From NCBI GenBank assembly GCA_041615815.1, contig JBFJCP010000009.1, positions 32,001 to 96,000 on the forward strand: DNA of 64,000 bases, written 5' to 3'. The notes beneath the pieces were generated by a model that was not told where the DNA came from, did not search any database, and was given only the letters and a program-made list of their open reading frames with translations. The stretch comes from Gemmatimonadales bacterium. Its GTDB lineage: Bacteria > Gemmatimonadota > Gemmatimonadetes > Gemmatimonadales > GWC2-71-9. Within the stretch, counting starts at the first letter, position 1, and each line of letters begins with the position of its first letter. A program made the translations under genes and the position numbers. Of the stretch, positions 48,203 through 59,600 are shown piece after piece.

Positions 48203-49354
48203 CTAGGACGGCATCTTCATGATGAGCCGGACGGGCGCGCCGCGATCGATCCCGATCGCGTTGATGTGCGTGAGGATCGCGGACGAGGAACGTTCCCGGA
48301 CGTGTACCACGTGCATCATGCCCAGCTGCTCCCACGGGGTATCGACGAACGGATCCTGGGCGCTCCGCTCCTTCAGCACTTCGAAGACGTCGCCCGGGAC
48401 CACACCATCCGCTCGCCCGAGATCGATGAACACGATGTCTTGCTGGCCGGGTAGCGGGCCCCGGTCTCGACGGGCGATGACGCGCCCCATGGCCCCATTC
48501 TCGATGGGAACCGGAACGACCATGCCCGGATCCCGGAACGGATCCACCGGCAAAGCGACTTGACCATCATTGATGCGGAAGAACTGCCGCACGACTTCTG
48601 CTCGGACCTCCCGTCCGCCGACGCTCGTGACCCGGACGATGCCCGTGGGTGTCACGACCCGTCCCCAATCGTCGATCTCGCGCCCAAGACGCGCCACCAG
48701 CAAGGAGTCGCCGACCCGGTAGGTGGCTTCCCGCGGGGCGCTCAGCTCGATCTCCTGATTCAACTGTGCCGATGACGTCGCGCGTAGGTTGCGCAGCGGC
48801 GGCATCCCCACCGCCCCTTTCACCCGGGCCCACGGCAGCCGTTCCTGCTCGGTCAGGAATCCCGCGGCGTAAAACTCGCCCTCGCGGAGTGGTTTGTACC
48901 GATAGGCGTCGCCTCGGAACGTCGTAATGAAGGACTCGCCGCCGTCACGGCGCGCGAAGATGCTCGGGGCACCTCCGGTGGACGGCGGAGGCGGGGCGGG
49001 TGTGGGCGGCGCCGGCCGCACCGCGCGCTGGCCCTCGACCGGGATGCCCGTGGTGTCCATCGCGACGGGGGACAGGGCCTGCAGCCGCAGCTCCTCACCT
49101 GGGAAGATCCAATGCGGATCTTCCACGACCAGCGTGTTGATCCGGTAGATCTCGGGCCAGAGAAGGGGATCGCCAAAGTACCGCTGGGCGAGCGTCCAGA
49201 GGGTCTCGCCCGGGGCCACGACGTGCACCGGCGGCTGCGCAGGTTGCGGTTCTTGGGCCATCAGGATCCCGCTACCCACCGCCTGGGCGCCGGCGAGCAG
49301 GGCAGCGACGAGGATGGCCGTGCGACTAGAACGGGAGATCGTCGTCTTCCTCAT
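48203..49354 (-). CDS. LysM peptidoglycan-binding protein, TsaP-like
   Basis: Signal peptide, LysM HVVAPGETLWTLA...DPHWIFPG, C-terminal VFIDLGRADGVVPGDVF (FlgT_C-like). Start estimated at ATG 49354. Confidence 0.8.
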   Translation of the reverse strand: MRKTTISRSSRTAILVAALLAGAQAVGSGILMAQEPQPAQPPVHVVAPGETLWTLAQRYFGDPLLWPEIYRINTLVVEDPHWIFPGEELRLQALSPVAMDTTGIPVEGQRAVRPAPPTPAPPPPSTGGAPSIFARRDGGESFITTFRGDAYRYKPLREGEFYAAGFLTEQERLPWARVKGAVGMPPLRNLRATSSAQLNQEIELSAPREATYRVGDSLLVARLGREIDDWGRVVTPTGIVRVTSVGGREVRAEVVRQFFRINDGQVALPVDPFRDPGMVVPVPIENGAMGRVIARRDRGPLPGQQDIVFIDLGRADGVVPGDVFEVLKERSAQDPFVDTPWEQLGMMHVVHVRERSSSAILTHINAIGIDRGAPVRLIMKMPS

Positions 49355-49799
49355 CGAGTGCCTCGGGAAAGTCATCGAATGACTCGGCTTTGCCTTCCGC
49401 CGCCGGTCGCGCGCTCCTCGCTGCTACCGGCGTACCACCCACATCGCCGCCGCCGCGCGACGACAACATGATGATCTCGCGGGCGTTTACTTCCGTTGTA
49501 TATCGCGTGTTGCCCTCGCGATCTTCCCACGTGCGGTACTCGATTCGCCCTTCCACGTAGAGACGATCGCCTTTCTTGAGATACTTCTCGGCGAGATCGG
49601 CCAGGCCGGAATTCCGGTTATTCCACAGTACGACACGATGCCACTCGGTCTTCTCCTGCCGCTCGCCTGCCTGGTTCGTCCACTGACGACTGGTGGCCAA
49701 CGACAGCGTCGCGACCCGCGTACCGTTTGCCGTGCTCCGGATCTCGGGGTCCGACCCCAGATTCCCGATCAACATGATCTTGTTCAGACTACGGCTCAC
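49326..49799 (-). CDS. ssb: Single-stranded DNA-binding protein
   Basis: LNKIMLIGNLG.DPE, KTEWHRV, C-terminal DDDLPF. SD GGAGG. Confidence 0.98.
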   Translation of the reverse strand: MSRSLNKIMLIGNLGSDPEIRSTANGTRVATLSLATSRQWTNQAGERQEKTEWHRVVLWNNRNSGLADLAEKYLKKGDRLYVEGRIEYRTWEDREGNTRYTTEVNAREIIMLSSRGGGDVGGTPVAARSARPAAEGKAESFDDFPEALDEEDDDLPF

Positions 49800-49841
49800 A
49801 CTGCCTCCAACGTTGGGGAATAGAGCCCCGGACGGCGTGAA

Positions 49842-49870
49842 ACTATAGGGGCTTTAAGTCCTTTTGTCAA
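49842..49870 (-). promoter_or_regulatory. Near-consensus sigma70 promoter of ssb
   Basis: TTGACA-N17-TATAGT on the minus strand. Confidence 0.8.
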
Positions 49871-50354
49871 CCAAAGATACGCCATTTTCACCCGTTCTAC
49901 GCACGTCGTCCCCCGCCACATTTCGTGCCAAGACCAGGGCATCCTCTTGCGGTCGGCGATAGTATCGGCGACGACGACCCACCTCCTGAAAACCGAGGCG
50001 CTGGTAGAACCGCCGGGCGACGACGTTCGAGGCCCGGACCTCGAGAAACACCGTCCGCACCCCCGCCGCGCGCAAACTGACCAGTATGGCCCCGGTCAAC
50101 CGATGCCCCACTCCACGCCGTTGGTGACTCGGCGCCACGGCCAAATTGAGTATCTCGCCACTGTCCACCGCGGCGAGCCCGAAAACGTATCCCACCAGCT
50201 GACCGTCCGCGGTTTCCGCCACGAACGCGAGACCCGCGATGGACGTGCGCAGGGCGTCCATCGACCAGGCGTCGGGGAAGACGATCGCCTCGATCTCCGC
50301 AACGGCCGCCAGATCAGCGGGCCGAGCGATCCGGATCCGGTAGTCGGCGTCCAT
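49854..50354 (-). CDS. rimI: Ribosomal-protein alanine N-acetyltransferase (GNAT)
   Basis: EILNLAV..QRRGVG, LEVRASN, FY..LGF, RRRYY..EDA. Start at ATG 50354. Confidence 0.92.
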   Translation of the reverse strand: MDADYRIRIARPADLAAVAEIEAIVFPDAWSMDALRTSIAGLAFVAETADGQLVGYVFGLAAVDSGEILNLAVAPSHQRRGVGHRLTGAILVSLRAAGVRTVFLEVRASNVVARRFYQRLGFQEVGRRRRYYRRPQEDALVLARNVAGDDVRRTGENGVSLVDKRT

Positions 50355-51042
50355 GCGCCCGTTCCCAGCGGGCTTGTGCCTCCGCGAGCCGGCCGTACAC
50401 CGGTTCCAGCTCGGACGGGTCTGCAGCCACCGCCGTGGCGCCCGTGACGGCGAGGAGTTCGAGGAGCGCGCTCGCCCGTGGAGCGCCCACTGGCGGCCCA
50501 ACCGCCGGCCGACCCGTCCACTGCTCGATGAGCGCCGCGTGGGCCACGGCCCCATCTCCTACGGCGAGACCCGGCGGTGTGGGACAGCGTTGCATGACCT
50601 CGGCCACTGTGGTTCGCAGCGGCTCCTGAACCACCCTCACGGCGGCCCCTGAGAAATCGTACACCGCGGCAAACACCTCGCCCCTCAGAGCATCGTACAT
50701 GGCCGCGACCGCGCCGGGTGTGAACGGGTGGGCCTGCCAGGCCGTCGCCATGAGGGAAGGAACCGTGCGGAGCTCCAGCTCGTCGAATTGTCGGACTAGT
50801 CCCTTGGCCGTGGCGAACCCGATTCGAAGACCCGTGAAGCTTCCCGGGCCGTCCGCCACAACGATCCCTGCCAGATCGCCGAATCCCACACCGCCCAAGC
50901 GGAGCACCTCCCGCACGGCCGGCACGAGCGTGGCCGCGTGCCGACGGTCGGACACCACAGCCTCGGCCAACGCATGCCCCGGCTCCCCCACGGCCACACT
51001 CCCCATGTCAGTGGCTGTTTCGATGGCAAGGACGAGGCTCAC
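50314..51042 (-). CDS. tsaB: tRNA threonylcarbamoyladenosine biosynthesis protein TsaB
   Basis: LAIETAT, GPGSFTGLRIG, DALRGEVF, LEPVY. Start at GTG 51042. Confidence 0.95.
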   Translation of the reverse strand: MSLVLAIETATDMGSVAVGEPGHALAEAVVSDRRHAATLVPAVREVLRLGGVGFGDLAGIVVADGPGSFTGLRIGFATAKGLVRQFDELELRTVPSLMATAWQAHPFTPGAVAAMYDALRGEVFAAVYDFSGAAVRVVQEPLRTTVAEVMQRCPTPPGLAVGDGAVAHAALIEQWTGRPAVGPPVGAPRASALLELLAVTGATAVAADPSELEPVYGRLAEAQARWERAHGRRLPDPDRSAR

Positions 51043-51470
51043 CGTATCCGCTCCACGATCCGTCGATCCGGATCCTCGTGATGGTCGAACCGTAGCTCGC
51101 ACGTCGGGGACGGTGCGTATGCGCCCGCGCGCTCCGGCCATTCGACGGCGAGCAGCCGAGCCCGCCGCTCGAGCCCGGGAAAATCGAGATCGAGCGCCTC
51201 TTGCGGATCACGGAGACGATAGCAGTCAGCGTGGATAATACTCCCAGCGGGTGACTGGTATTCGTGCACGAGGGCGAACGTGGGACTCCGGGCCGGCTCC
51301 GCGTGCGCTGCGCGCGCCAGCGCCTGCACGAAGGTGGTCTTGCCAGTCCCCAGATCGCCGCGAAGCCACACGACGGCCCCGGGTGGAAGCTCGTGCCAGA
51401 GGACCGCAGCCGCTTCCTCCAGCGCTTCGAGCGAGAGGGTGCGGCGTTCCCGCACTTCGAGGCTAGCCAC
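51039..51470 (-). CDS. tsaE: tRNA threonylcarbamoyladenosine biosynthesis ATPase TsaE
   Basis: [23 protein letters not shown]. Start estimated at GTG 51470. Confidence 0.95.
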   Translation of the reverse strand: MASLEVRERRTLSLEALEEAAAVLWHELPPGAVVWLRGDLGTGKTTFVQALARAAHAEPARSPTFALVHEYQSPAGSIIHADCYRLRDPQEALDLDFPGLERRARLLAVEWPERAGAYAPSPTCELRFDHHEDPDRRIVERIR

Positions 51471-53505
51471 GTCGCGAGCCGGCCCGCCGGCGTCCATCCT
51501 GGGCACCGCGTGGCTTGCGACGCACGGGATCCCCCTCGGCCCTCAGCTCGAGGAGCTGATCCCGCAGTCGAGCCGCCGATTCGAAGTCCAGCTCGGCCGC
51601 GGCCTCGTGCATCTGCCGCTCCAGCAGTTGGATCATGCCGTCGCGATCGAGACCATCGTCCACCGCGGTCGGCTGCGCCGCCACCTCGCGGGCCCGCGCG
51701 TCCGCCACACGAGTCACCAGACGCACCTGGTCGACGGATTTACGAATCGACGTTGGCGTGATGTCGTGTTCGCGGTTGTGCTCCTCCTGCATGCCACGGC
51801 GCCGGTCCATCTCAGCGAGCGCCCGCTCCATCGAGCCGGTGACGCGATCGGCGTACAGCACCGCACGCCCGCGCTCGTTGCGCGCCGCCCGACCCACCGT
51901 CTGGATCAGCGAGCGGTCGGAACGAAGAAAGCCCTCCTGATCGGCATCCAGAATCGCCACGAGTGCCACCTCAGGGAGATCGAGTCCCTCACGCAGCAGG
52001 TTGATACCCACCAAAACATCGAACTCACCGAGCCGCAGCCCTCGAACGATTTCCATTCGCTCGATGGCATCGATGTCCGAGTGCATGTAGCGCACGCGCA
52101 CACCCATTTGCTGGAGATAGTCCGTCAGATCCTCGGCCATGCGCTTTGTCAGGGTCGTGACGAGTACTCGTTCCCCGTCGGCTTCGCACCGGCGGATCTC
52201 CGCGAGCAGGTCGTCCACCTGTCCCCGGATCGGCCGTACCTGTACGAGGGGATCGATCAGCCCCGTGGGACGAATGATCTGCTCGACCACCACACCACCC
52301 GAGAGCTCGAGCTCTGGATCTCCCGGTGTCGCCGACACGAAAAGCATTCGGGGCGTGAGCGCCATGAACTCTTGAAAATTGAGCGGCCGATTGTCGAGGG
52401 CCGACGGAAGACGAAAGCCGTGCTCTACGAGCGTGAGCTTGCGTGACCGATCGCCGGCGTACATCCCACCGACCTGCGGGAGCGTGACGTGGGATTCATC
52501 GATGATCGTGAGGTACTCGTCCGGGAAATAGTCCAACAGACATGCCGGTCGTTCCCCTGGCTGTCGCCCGTCGACGTGCCGACTGTAATTCTCGACCCCG
52601 GCGCACGTGCCCACTTCGAGCAACATGTCGATGTCGAACAGGGTGCGGGATTCGAGCCGTTGCGCTTCCAGCAGACGCCCCTGACTGCGGAGCTCACCGA
52701 GCCGTTCGGCGAGCTCGATCCGGATGGCTTTGACGGCGCGCTCGACCGTGGGACGCGTGGTCACGTAATGCGTCGCCGGATAGACGGCCGCGCGCGCCAG
52801 CCGCGAAAAGACGTGGCCGCGCAGGGGATCGATCTTCGAAATCCGTTCCACCGTGTCGCCCCAGAACTCGATCCGTACGGCTTGCTCTTCGTAAACGGGA
52901 AAGACTTCGACGGTGTCGCCTCGCACGCGAAACGTGCCAGGCTCGAAGGAGACATCATTGCGATGATACTGGATGCCAACCAGATCCTCGAGGACTGCAT
53001 CCCGGGCGCGCTCCTCTCCCTCGTGCACCAGCAACATCCGGGCGCGGTACTCCGCTGGACTCCCCAACCCGTAGATCGCACTGACGGACGCCACGATGAT
53101 CACATCGTCCCGCTCCATCAGGCTCGACGTCGCGCGCAGCCGCAGCCGGTCGATATCATCGTTGATCGAGGCGTCTTTTTCGATGTACGTGTCGGTGGCG
53201 GGGACGTATGCCTCGGGCTGGTAATAATCGTAGTACGAGATGAAGTATTCCACCGCGTTGCGCGGGAAGAACGACTTGAGCTCGCCGTAGAGTTGCGCCG
53301 CCAACGTCTTGTTGTGGGAAAGCACGAGCGTGGGTCGGCCCCACTGCGCGATCACGTGCGCCATGGTGACGGTCTTCCCCGACCCGGTCACGCCGAGCAG
53401 CGTTTGATACCGGTCGTCGCGGCGGAGACCGTGGACCAGCTCGGCGATGGCGCGGGGTTGGTCGCCAGCAGGCTGGAACGGGATGTCGAGGTCGAAGCTT
53501 GCCAT
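51463..53505 (-). CDS. uvrB: Excinuclease ABC subunit B
   Basis: [33 protein letters not shown]-terminal UVR domain. Confidence 0.99.
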   Translation of the reverse strand: MASFDLDIPFQPAGDQPRAIAELVHGLRRDDRYQTLLGVTGSGKTVTMAHVIAQWGRPTLVLSHNKTLAAQLYGELKSFFPRNAVEYFISYYDYYQPEAYVPATDTYIEKDASINDDIDRLRLRATSSLMERDDVIIVASVSAIYGLGSPAEYRARMLLVHEGEERARDAVLEDLVGIQYHRNDVSFEPGTFRVRGDTVEVFPVYEEQAVRIEFWGDTVERISKIDPLRGHVFSRLARAAVYPATHYVTTRPTVERAVKAIRIELAERLGELRSQGRLLEAQRLESRTLFDIDMLLEVGTCAGVENYSRHVDGRQPGERPACLLDYFPDEYLTIIDESHVTLPQVGGMYAGDRSRKLTLVEHGFRLPSALDNRPLNFQEFMALTPRMLFVSATPGDPELELSGGVVVEQIIRPTGLIDPLVQVRPIRGQVDDLLAEIRRCEADGERVLVTTLTKRMAEDLTDYLQQMGVRVRYMHSDIDAIERMEIVRGLRLGEFDVLVGINLLREGLDLPEVALVAILDADQEGFLRSDRSLIQTVGRAARNERGRAVLYADRVTGSMERALAEMDRRRGMQEEHNREHDITPTSIRKSVDQVRLVTRVADARAREVAAQPTAVDDGLDRDGMIQLLERQMHEAAAELDFESAARLRDQLLELRAEGDPVRRKPRGAQDGRRRAGSRRG

Positions 53506-53521
53506 GGGTGAAGGATACTAA

Positions 53522-53549
53522 CGGGAAGCGGGAAGCAGGGAGCAGGAGG
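53522..53549 (+). repeat. Degenerate 7-bp tandem repeat between rel and uvrB
   Basis: CGGGAAG CGGGAAG CAGGGAG CAGGAGG. Confidence 0.6.
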
Positions 53550-53586
53550 GTGGTTGGCCTCGATCCTCCCGCGTCGCGCTCCCGGT

Positions 53587-55770
53587 CTACTTGGGGTCGA
53601 CGGTTGCCGCTCGGGCTGGGGGCTCTCGTCGCTCGACTTCCGAGACCCCTTTCACGCGGCGCATCGTCCGCATCACCTTCGCCAAGTGCGTGTGATTCTC
53701 CACCTCCACGAGCACCGAGCCAAACATCGCGCCGTCCTTGCTGGCCAGCTCCGCACTTCGAATGTTCGTACCCGTGTGGGAGATGGCCGTCATGAGATCG
53801 GCGTAGAGCCCCCGCCGATCCTCCCCCACGACTCCCAGACAGACCACGAACACCTCCCCCTCCATCTTCTGCCAATCGATCTCCACCCGCCGCTCGGGAT
53901 CGTCCGACATTGTGAGCAAGTTGGGACAGTCGGCGCGGTGAATCGAGATACCCCGGCCTTTGGTGACGTAGCCAACGACGGCGTCGCCCGGCACGGGTTG
54001 GCAGCACTGCGCGTAGCGAACCATCAACCCATCGACCCCGTGAATCCGCACACCGCGACCGAGGCGGATTCGGTCGAGCACCCGGCCAAACGCCGTGGGT
54101 TTGGGTGCATGGAGCTCGTCGGTGGGCCGCTCCGGGTACACCGCCTTGATCACCTGTCCGATGGGGGTATCGCCGCGCCCCAGAACCTGGTACAGCGAAT
54201 CGACCGACCCCACCGACAGCCGATCGGCTGCGATGCCGAGCGTCCTCTCGTCCGGCATGTCGAGCCGCCGGCGCCGAAGCTCGCGCGCCAAAATCTCCTT
54301 GCCCAAGGCGATGCTGCGCTCCGCCTCCTCTTCCTTGATCCAGCGACGGATCTTGTGGCGTGCGCGTGCAGTGCGCACGTGGTTGAGCCAGTCTTTGCTC
54401 GGCCGGGCGTGCGGTGACGTCAGCACCTCGACGGTATCACCGTTCTTGAGCGCGCGGTGCAGCGGAGCGATTCGTCCGTTCACGCGGGCCCCCTGGCAGT
54501 GCAGTCCCACTTCGGTATGGACCTCGAAGGCGAAATCGATGGCGCTCGCGTCCTTCGGCAGCCGCTTGACGTCGCCCTTCGGCGTGAAGACGAAAATCTC
54601 GTCCTGATAGAGGTCGACTTTGAGGAATTCCAGGAACTCCTCGGGACTGTGCGCATCCTGCTGCAGTTCCAAGAGCTGTCGGAACCACTCGAACTGACTG
54701 TCGATGTCGTCCCGGCCACGGCCTTCTTTGTAGACCCAGTGTGCCGCCAGGCCGTACTCCGCCGTCCGGTGCATCTCCCAGGTCCGAATCTGAATCTCGT
54801 AGAGCTGTCCCCCGGGCCCGAAGATCGTCGTGTGCAGAGACTGATATCCGTTGGACTTGGGGGAGGCGATGTAATCCTTGATGCGTTCTTGGAGTGGCGT
54901 CCAATTGTGATGGATCACGCCCAGGACGTGGTAGCAATCCCGCACACTCGAGACCAGCACACGCACCGCCATGAGATCGTAGATCTCCTCCAGCGGCATG
55001 CCTCGGTGTTTCATCTTCCGATAGATGGACCACAGGTGCTTGGGCCGGCCCGTGACCTCGAACTCCGCGATCCCCGCGCGCCGCAGACCGTCCTCCAGAG
55101 GACCCTGGAGCCGCTGAATCAACTCCGAGCGCTCGTCTCGTCTCGCGCGGAGGGTATCGGCGAGCGCGCGGTACTCATCGGCCTCCAAAAACTTGAACGA
55201 GAGATCTTCCAGCTCGGCCTTAATGCCCCCCATCCCGAAGCGGTGCGCGAGCGGCGCATAGATCTCCCGCGTCTCCCGGGCAATGCGTGCGCGCCGATCG
55301 GGAGGGAGATGCTCGAGCGTCCGCATATTGTGCAACCGGTCGGCGAGCTTCACGAAGATCACCCGCGCGTCTTTGGCGATCGAGAGCAGGAGCTTCCGGT
55401 AATTCTCGACCTGCTCCTCCGCCGCCGAACGAAACCGGAGGTGTGAGATCTTGGTGAGTCCGTCTACGATGCCGCCGACTTCGATTCCAAAACGCTCTTT
55501 GATTTCGTCGAGCGTGACGTCGGAGTCTTCGGCCACATCGTGGAGCAGCGCGGCCGCGATGGTGACCGTATCCAACTGTTGATCCACCAGCACCTTGGCC
55601 ACGCCGATGGCATGCGAGATGAAGTCATCCCCCGACAGCCGCTTTTGGCCGCGATGGGCCGCCGTGCTGAATTCCAGCGCGCGCTCGATCAAGTCCAGGT
55701 CCAACCGGTCTTTCCGGTGGGCCAGGGCTTCGGCAAACGAGGCGTCAATACTCGTCAGCGCGCCGGTCAC
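53587..55770 (-). CDS. rel: Bifunctional (p)ppGpp synthetase/hydrolase (long RSH)
   Basis: Intact HD site (LHDVAED), DRLHNMRT, RIKDYIASPKSNGYQSLHT, TGS domain, CCQPVPGD zinc finger, ACT domain. Confidence 0.97.
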   Translation of the reverse strand: MTGALTSIDASFAEALAHRKDRLDLDLIERALEFSTAAHRGQKRLSGDDFISHAIGVAKVLVDQQLDTVTIAAALLHDVAEDSDVTLDEIKERFGIEVGGIVDGLTKISHLRFRSAAEEQVENYRKLLLSIAKDARVIFVKLADRLHNMRTLEHLPPDRRARIARETREIYAPLAHRFGMGGIKAELEDLSFKFLEADEYRALADTLRARRDERSELIQRLQGPLEDGLRRAGIAEFEVTGRPKHLWSIYRKMKHRGMPLEEIYDLMAVRVLVSSVRDCYHVLGVIHHNWTPLQERIKDYIASPKSNGYQSLHTTIFGPGGQLYEIQIRTWEMHRTAEYGLAAHWVYKEGRGRDDIDSQFEWFRQLLELQQDAHSPEEFLEFLKVDLYQDEIFVFTPKGDVKRLPKDASAIDFAFEVHTEVGLHCQGARVNGRIAPLHRALKNGDTVEVLTSPHARPSKDWLNHVRTARARHKIRRWIKEEEAERSIALGKEILARELRRRRLDMPDERTLGIAADRLSVGSVDSLYQVLGRGDTPIGQVIKAVYPERPTDELHAPKPTAFGRVLDRIRLGRGVRIHGVDGLMVRYAQCCQPVPGDAVVGYVTKGRGISIHRADCPNLLTMSDDPERRVEIDWQKMEGEVFVVCLGVVGEDRRGLYADLMTAISHTGTNIRSAELASKDGAMFGSVLVEVENHTHLAKVMRTMRRVKGVSEVERREPPARAATVDPK

Positions 55771-56468
55771 AGCAGTCCAGCCTCCGCAAAACTGAAGTAA
55801 TGGTCTCCCGCCACGATCACGTGATCGTACACCGGGATGTCCAGAAGGCGCCCAGCATCCGCCAGCTGGGTCGTAACCCCACGATCCTCCGCGGACGGGG
55901 TCGGATTCCCGGACGGATGGTTGTGGACCACGATCACGCCCGCCGCGGCCTCCGCGATGGCCGCCCGGAACACTTCGCGAGGATGCACCAACGAACTGTT
56001 CAGGATGCCGCGCGTGATCAGCAGATCGCGGGTCACGCGATTCTGCGTGTCGAGGGTGAGTAGGTGAAACTCTTCGACGACCAAATCGCGTAACGCCGGT
56101 CCACAGCGCTTCCCGATGTCGGCTGGCGAGCGCACCTGAAACGGCGTGTCGGCAGCCGAGTCCATCAGGCGGCGCCCGAGCTCCAGTGCCGCCGCCACCC
56201 GGGCAGCCTTGGCCGGTCCGACCCCTGGCAACCGGATCAACTCCCCCGGAAGCCGCCGGGCAAGCCCACGGAGGGAGCCGCCCCCCAAGGCCAGCACGCT
56301 TCGGGCCAGCGCGAGCGCGTCATTCCTCGCGGTACCCGTCCCCATCAGAATGGCCAGGAGCTCCACCACCGTCAACGCGCTGGGGCCATGCGTGGCCAAC
56401 CGTTCGCGGGGGCGCTCGGGCCCCAGGGACTCAGCGATCCGCAAGTCCTGCATGGAGTTAAGGATCAT
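55767..56468 (-). CDS. radC: RadC family JAB-domain protein
   Basis: RPRERL, GVGPAKA, VHPREVF, HNHPSG, DHVIV. ATG 56453 is an alternative start. Confidence 0.95.
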   Translation of the reverse strand: MILNSMQDLRIAESLGPERPRERLATHGPSALTVVELLAILMGTGTARNDALALARSVLALGGGSLRGLARRLPGELIRLPGVGPAKAARVAAALELGRRLMDSAADTPFQVRSPADIGKRCGPALRDLVVEEFHLLTLDTQNRVTRDLLITRGILNSSLVHPREVFRAAIAEAAAGVIVVHNHPSGNPTPSAEDRGVTTQLADAGRLLDIPVYDHVIVAGDHYFSFAEAGLL

Positions 56469-56641
56469 GGCGCGGGGCCGGCAGAGCTAACGGGATTCGC
56501 GCGTCCCGGAGCCGAAATGGCAGGCAGCGACGGCAGACGGGCAGAGCCGGCTGGAGGGGCTACGGCGGGACGGCCAGGCCGCTCATTGCGGCAGGGCGTC
56601 GCCGCTGCCCTGGGATCAACGCGGTGGCGAGCCGCCGGAGC

Positions 56642-59600
56642 CTATGCTCCGTGACACTTTTTGTACTTCTTGCCGCTGCCGCAGGGGCACGGATCGTTCC
56701 GGCCCACCTTCGCACCGGTCCGTTGGACCGGGGCGCGGGCCGCGGCCTCGCCGCCGTCCGGTCCTCGATTGGTCACCATGGCGCGCGGGGCCATGGCCGC
56801 AGCGGGCACCGCCCCCGGCATCATCAGATCGGCGTCGGACGCCGGGTGCTCCGCCGTGACGGGTGGCGGCGGCGGCCGGCGCATCCGGTCCGGGGGCTCG
56901 CCGCCCACCTGAACCTGGAACTTGAAGAACCGCTCAGTGAAGGTGGACCGAATGTCGTTCATCAAGTCCACGAACATGTCGAAGGCTTCCTTCTTGTACT
57001 CGATGAGCGGGTCTTTCTGGCCCCAGGCGCGGTACTGGATACCGCTGCGGAGATGGTCCAGCTCAAAAAGATGATCCTTCCACTTCTCGTCAATGAGCGA
57101 GAGCATCACGTGGGAGAGCACCTTCTCGGCGAGATTCTCGGCGTTGTAGCGCCCACCGAGTTCATCCCAGGACGTGAGCTTCGCGCGGAAGGACTCCTGA
57201 CCCGCTTGCTTGAGGCGCGTTTCGAGTGCGTGGTGGTCGGGGACCTTTTCGGGATCCTTGACGTCCGGAACCGAGATCAGATACCGCATGAGGAGATCCG
57301 TGGCCAAGAACTCGCGGTCCCACTCTTCCGGCCGCTCGTCCGGTTCGACTCGGGCGTACCCCTCGAGGGCGTGCTCGATCATTCGCACAGCCTCGGCTTT
57401 CAGCTCCTCCCCTCCCTCGAGCGCGAACAGGCGGAGCGAGTAGATAACCTCCCGCTGTTGGTTCATGACGTCGTCGTATTCCAGGAGCCGCTTGCGCGCC
57501 TGGAAGTTTTGCAGCTCGACGCGCTTTTGCGCGTTCTCAATGGCTTTGGTCACCCACGGGTGCGTAATCACCTCGCCATCTTCCACGCCCGCCTTCTCCA
57601 TGATCCGGGCCACCCGCTCGGACATGAACAGACGCATGAGCCGGTCCTCCAGCGAGAGGAAGAACAAGCTCTGCCCGGGATCACCCTGACGCCCGGAGCG
57701 TCCCCGTAACTGTCGATCGATCCGGCGCGCATCGTGGCGCTCGGTTCCGAGCACCACCAGACCACAGGGCGGATCGTTGTTGCACCCGAGCTGTTTGATT
57801 TCTTGGTCCGAAAGGTCGGGGACTTCCTGGGTCTGCCCGAAGGGGGCGAGTTTCGCCTTGATCCCGCAGACCTGGCACTTTTTGACTCCCATCTGGAGTT
57901 TGATGTCGGTGCCCCGCCCTGCCATGTTGGTGGCGATGGTGATGGCCGCTGGGCGTCCGGCCTGCGCCACGATCTCCGCTTCCCGTTCGTGCTGCTTGGC
58001 GTTCAAGACCTCGTGCTTGAGCCCACGCCGCTTGAGCATCCGCGCCAGTGTTTCCGAGACCTCGACGCTCGTGGTCCCCACCAGCACCGGGAGGCCCCGT
58101 TCGTGCTGGCGGCTGATCTCCTCGATGATCGCGTTGTATTTCTCGCGGCGTGTCTGGTAGATCTGGTCGTCCACATCGATGCGGCGCACCGGCCGATTGG
58201 TGGGGATGACCATGACCTCCAGGCCATAGATCTGGAAGAACTCCGTCTCCTCGGTTTCGGCCGTTCCCGTCATCCCAGACAGCTTGTCGTACATCCGGAA
58301 GTAGTTTTGAATCGTGATAGTCGCGAGCGTTTGCGTCTCACCGCGGACCGTCACCCCTTCCTTGGCCTCGATGGCCTGATGCAGCCCGTCGGACCAGCGC
58401 CGTCCCGGCAGAATGCGGCCGGTGAATTCGTCGACGATGAATACCTGCCCGTCCTGCACGACGTACTCCACATCCTTCTCGTACAGGGCGTGGGCCTGGA
58501 GCAGTTTGTGGATGATGGTGAGCTTCTCGCTCTTTTCGGCGTATTCCGCTTCCAGGCTTCGACGGCGCTCGACCTTCTCTTCTGCCGAGAGCGTCTCATC
58601 GTGGTCGATGGCGCCCATTTCCTCGGAGATGTCCGGGACGATGAAGAGATCCGGGTCGTCCGGACTCATCGTCTCTACCCCCCGATCCGTGAGGTGGACG
58701 GAGCGGCCTTTCTCGTCCATGACGAAGTAGAGGTCTTCCTCGAGATCCCGAAACCGCTGCTGGCCGGGCGGGAGCTTTCGATCGGCGATGCGATCCAACT
58801 CCACCCGTTGCACCACCTGCTGAATCTGCGGTTCCTGCATCAGCTTCATGAGCCGCTTGTTCCTGGGCGTCCCGAGTCGGGCGAGGTAGGTCTTGACCGC
58901 AGCATCGTAATCGGAGGGATCCCGTTCGAGCGTGGGCTCTACATCCGCGATGAGTTGGTTGACGACGGCCATCTGTTTCCGCGCCAGGGTCTGCACCTGC
59001 GTGTTGAAGGCGCGGTATTTCTGATCGGACTCATTGCCCACGGGACCGGAGATGATCAGGGGGGTTCGCGCCTCGTCCACCAGAATGCTGTCTACCTCGT
59101 CGATGATGGCGAACGTATGCTCTCGCTGCACGCGCTGGTCCAGCGAGAACACCATGTTGTCCCGGAGATAGTCGAAGCCGAACTCGTTGTTGGTCCCGTA
59201 CGTAATGTCGCACTGATACGCGGCGCGCCGTTCCGGGCTCGACGGTTCGGTGTTGTCGATACATCCGACGGTGAGACCGAGATACTGGAACAAATGTCCC
59301 ATCCACTGCGAGTCGCGCCGTGCCAAATAGTCGTTGACGGTGACCAGATGGGCCCCTTTGCCGGGGAGCGCGTTGAGGTAGAGCGGGAGGGTGGCCACGA
59401 GTGTTTTCCCCTCGCCGGTGGCCATCTCCGCGATCTTCCCTTGGTGGAGCACGAGTCCACCGATCAACTGGACGTCGTAGGGGACCATGTCCCAGGTCAT
59501 CTCGTGACCCGTGACCACGACGGAGGTGCCCTGGAGCCGGCGGCACGCTTCGCGTACGGTGGCGAACGCCTCGGGCAGCAGGTCATCCAGAACGCCAGCG

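Noticed and set aside
55767..56468. radC as a marker of a mobile element or defence island
   Set aside because: It is a full-length chromosomal-type RadC coupled to rel, with no integrase, transposase or compositional shift nearby.
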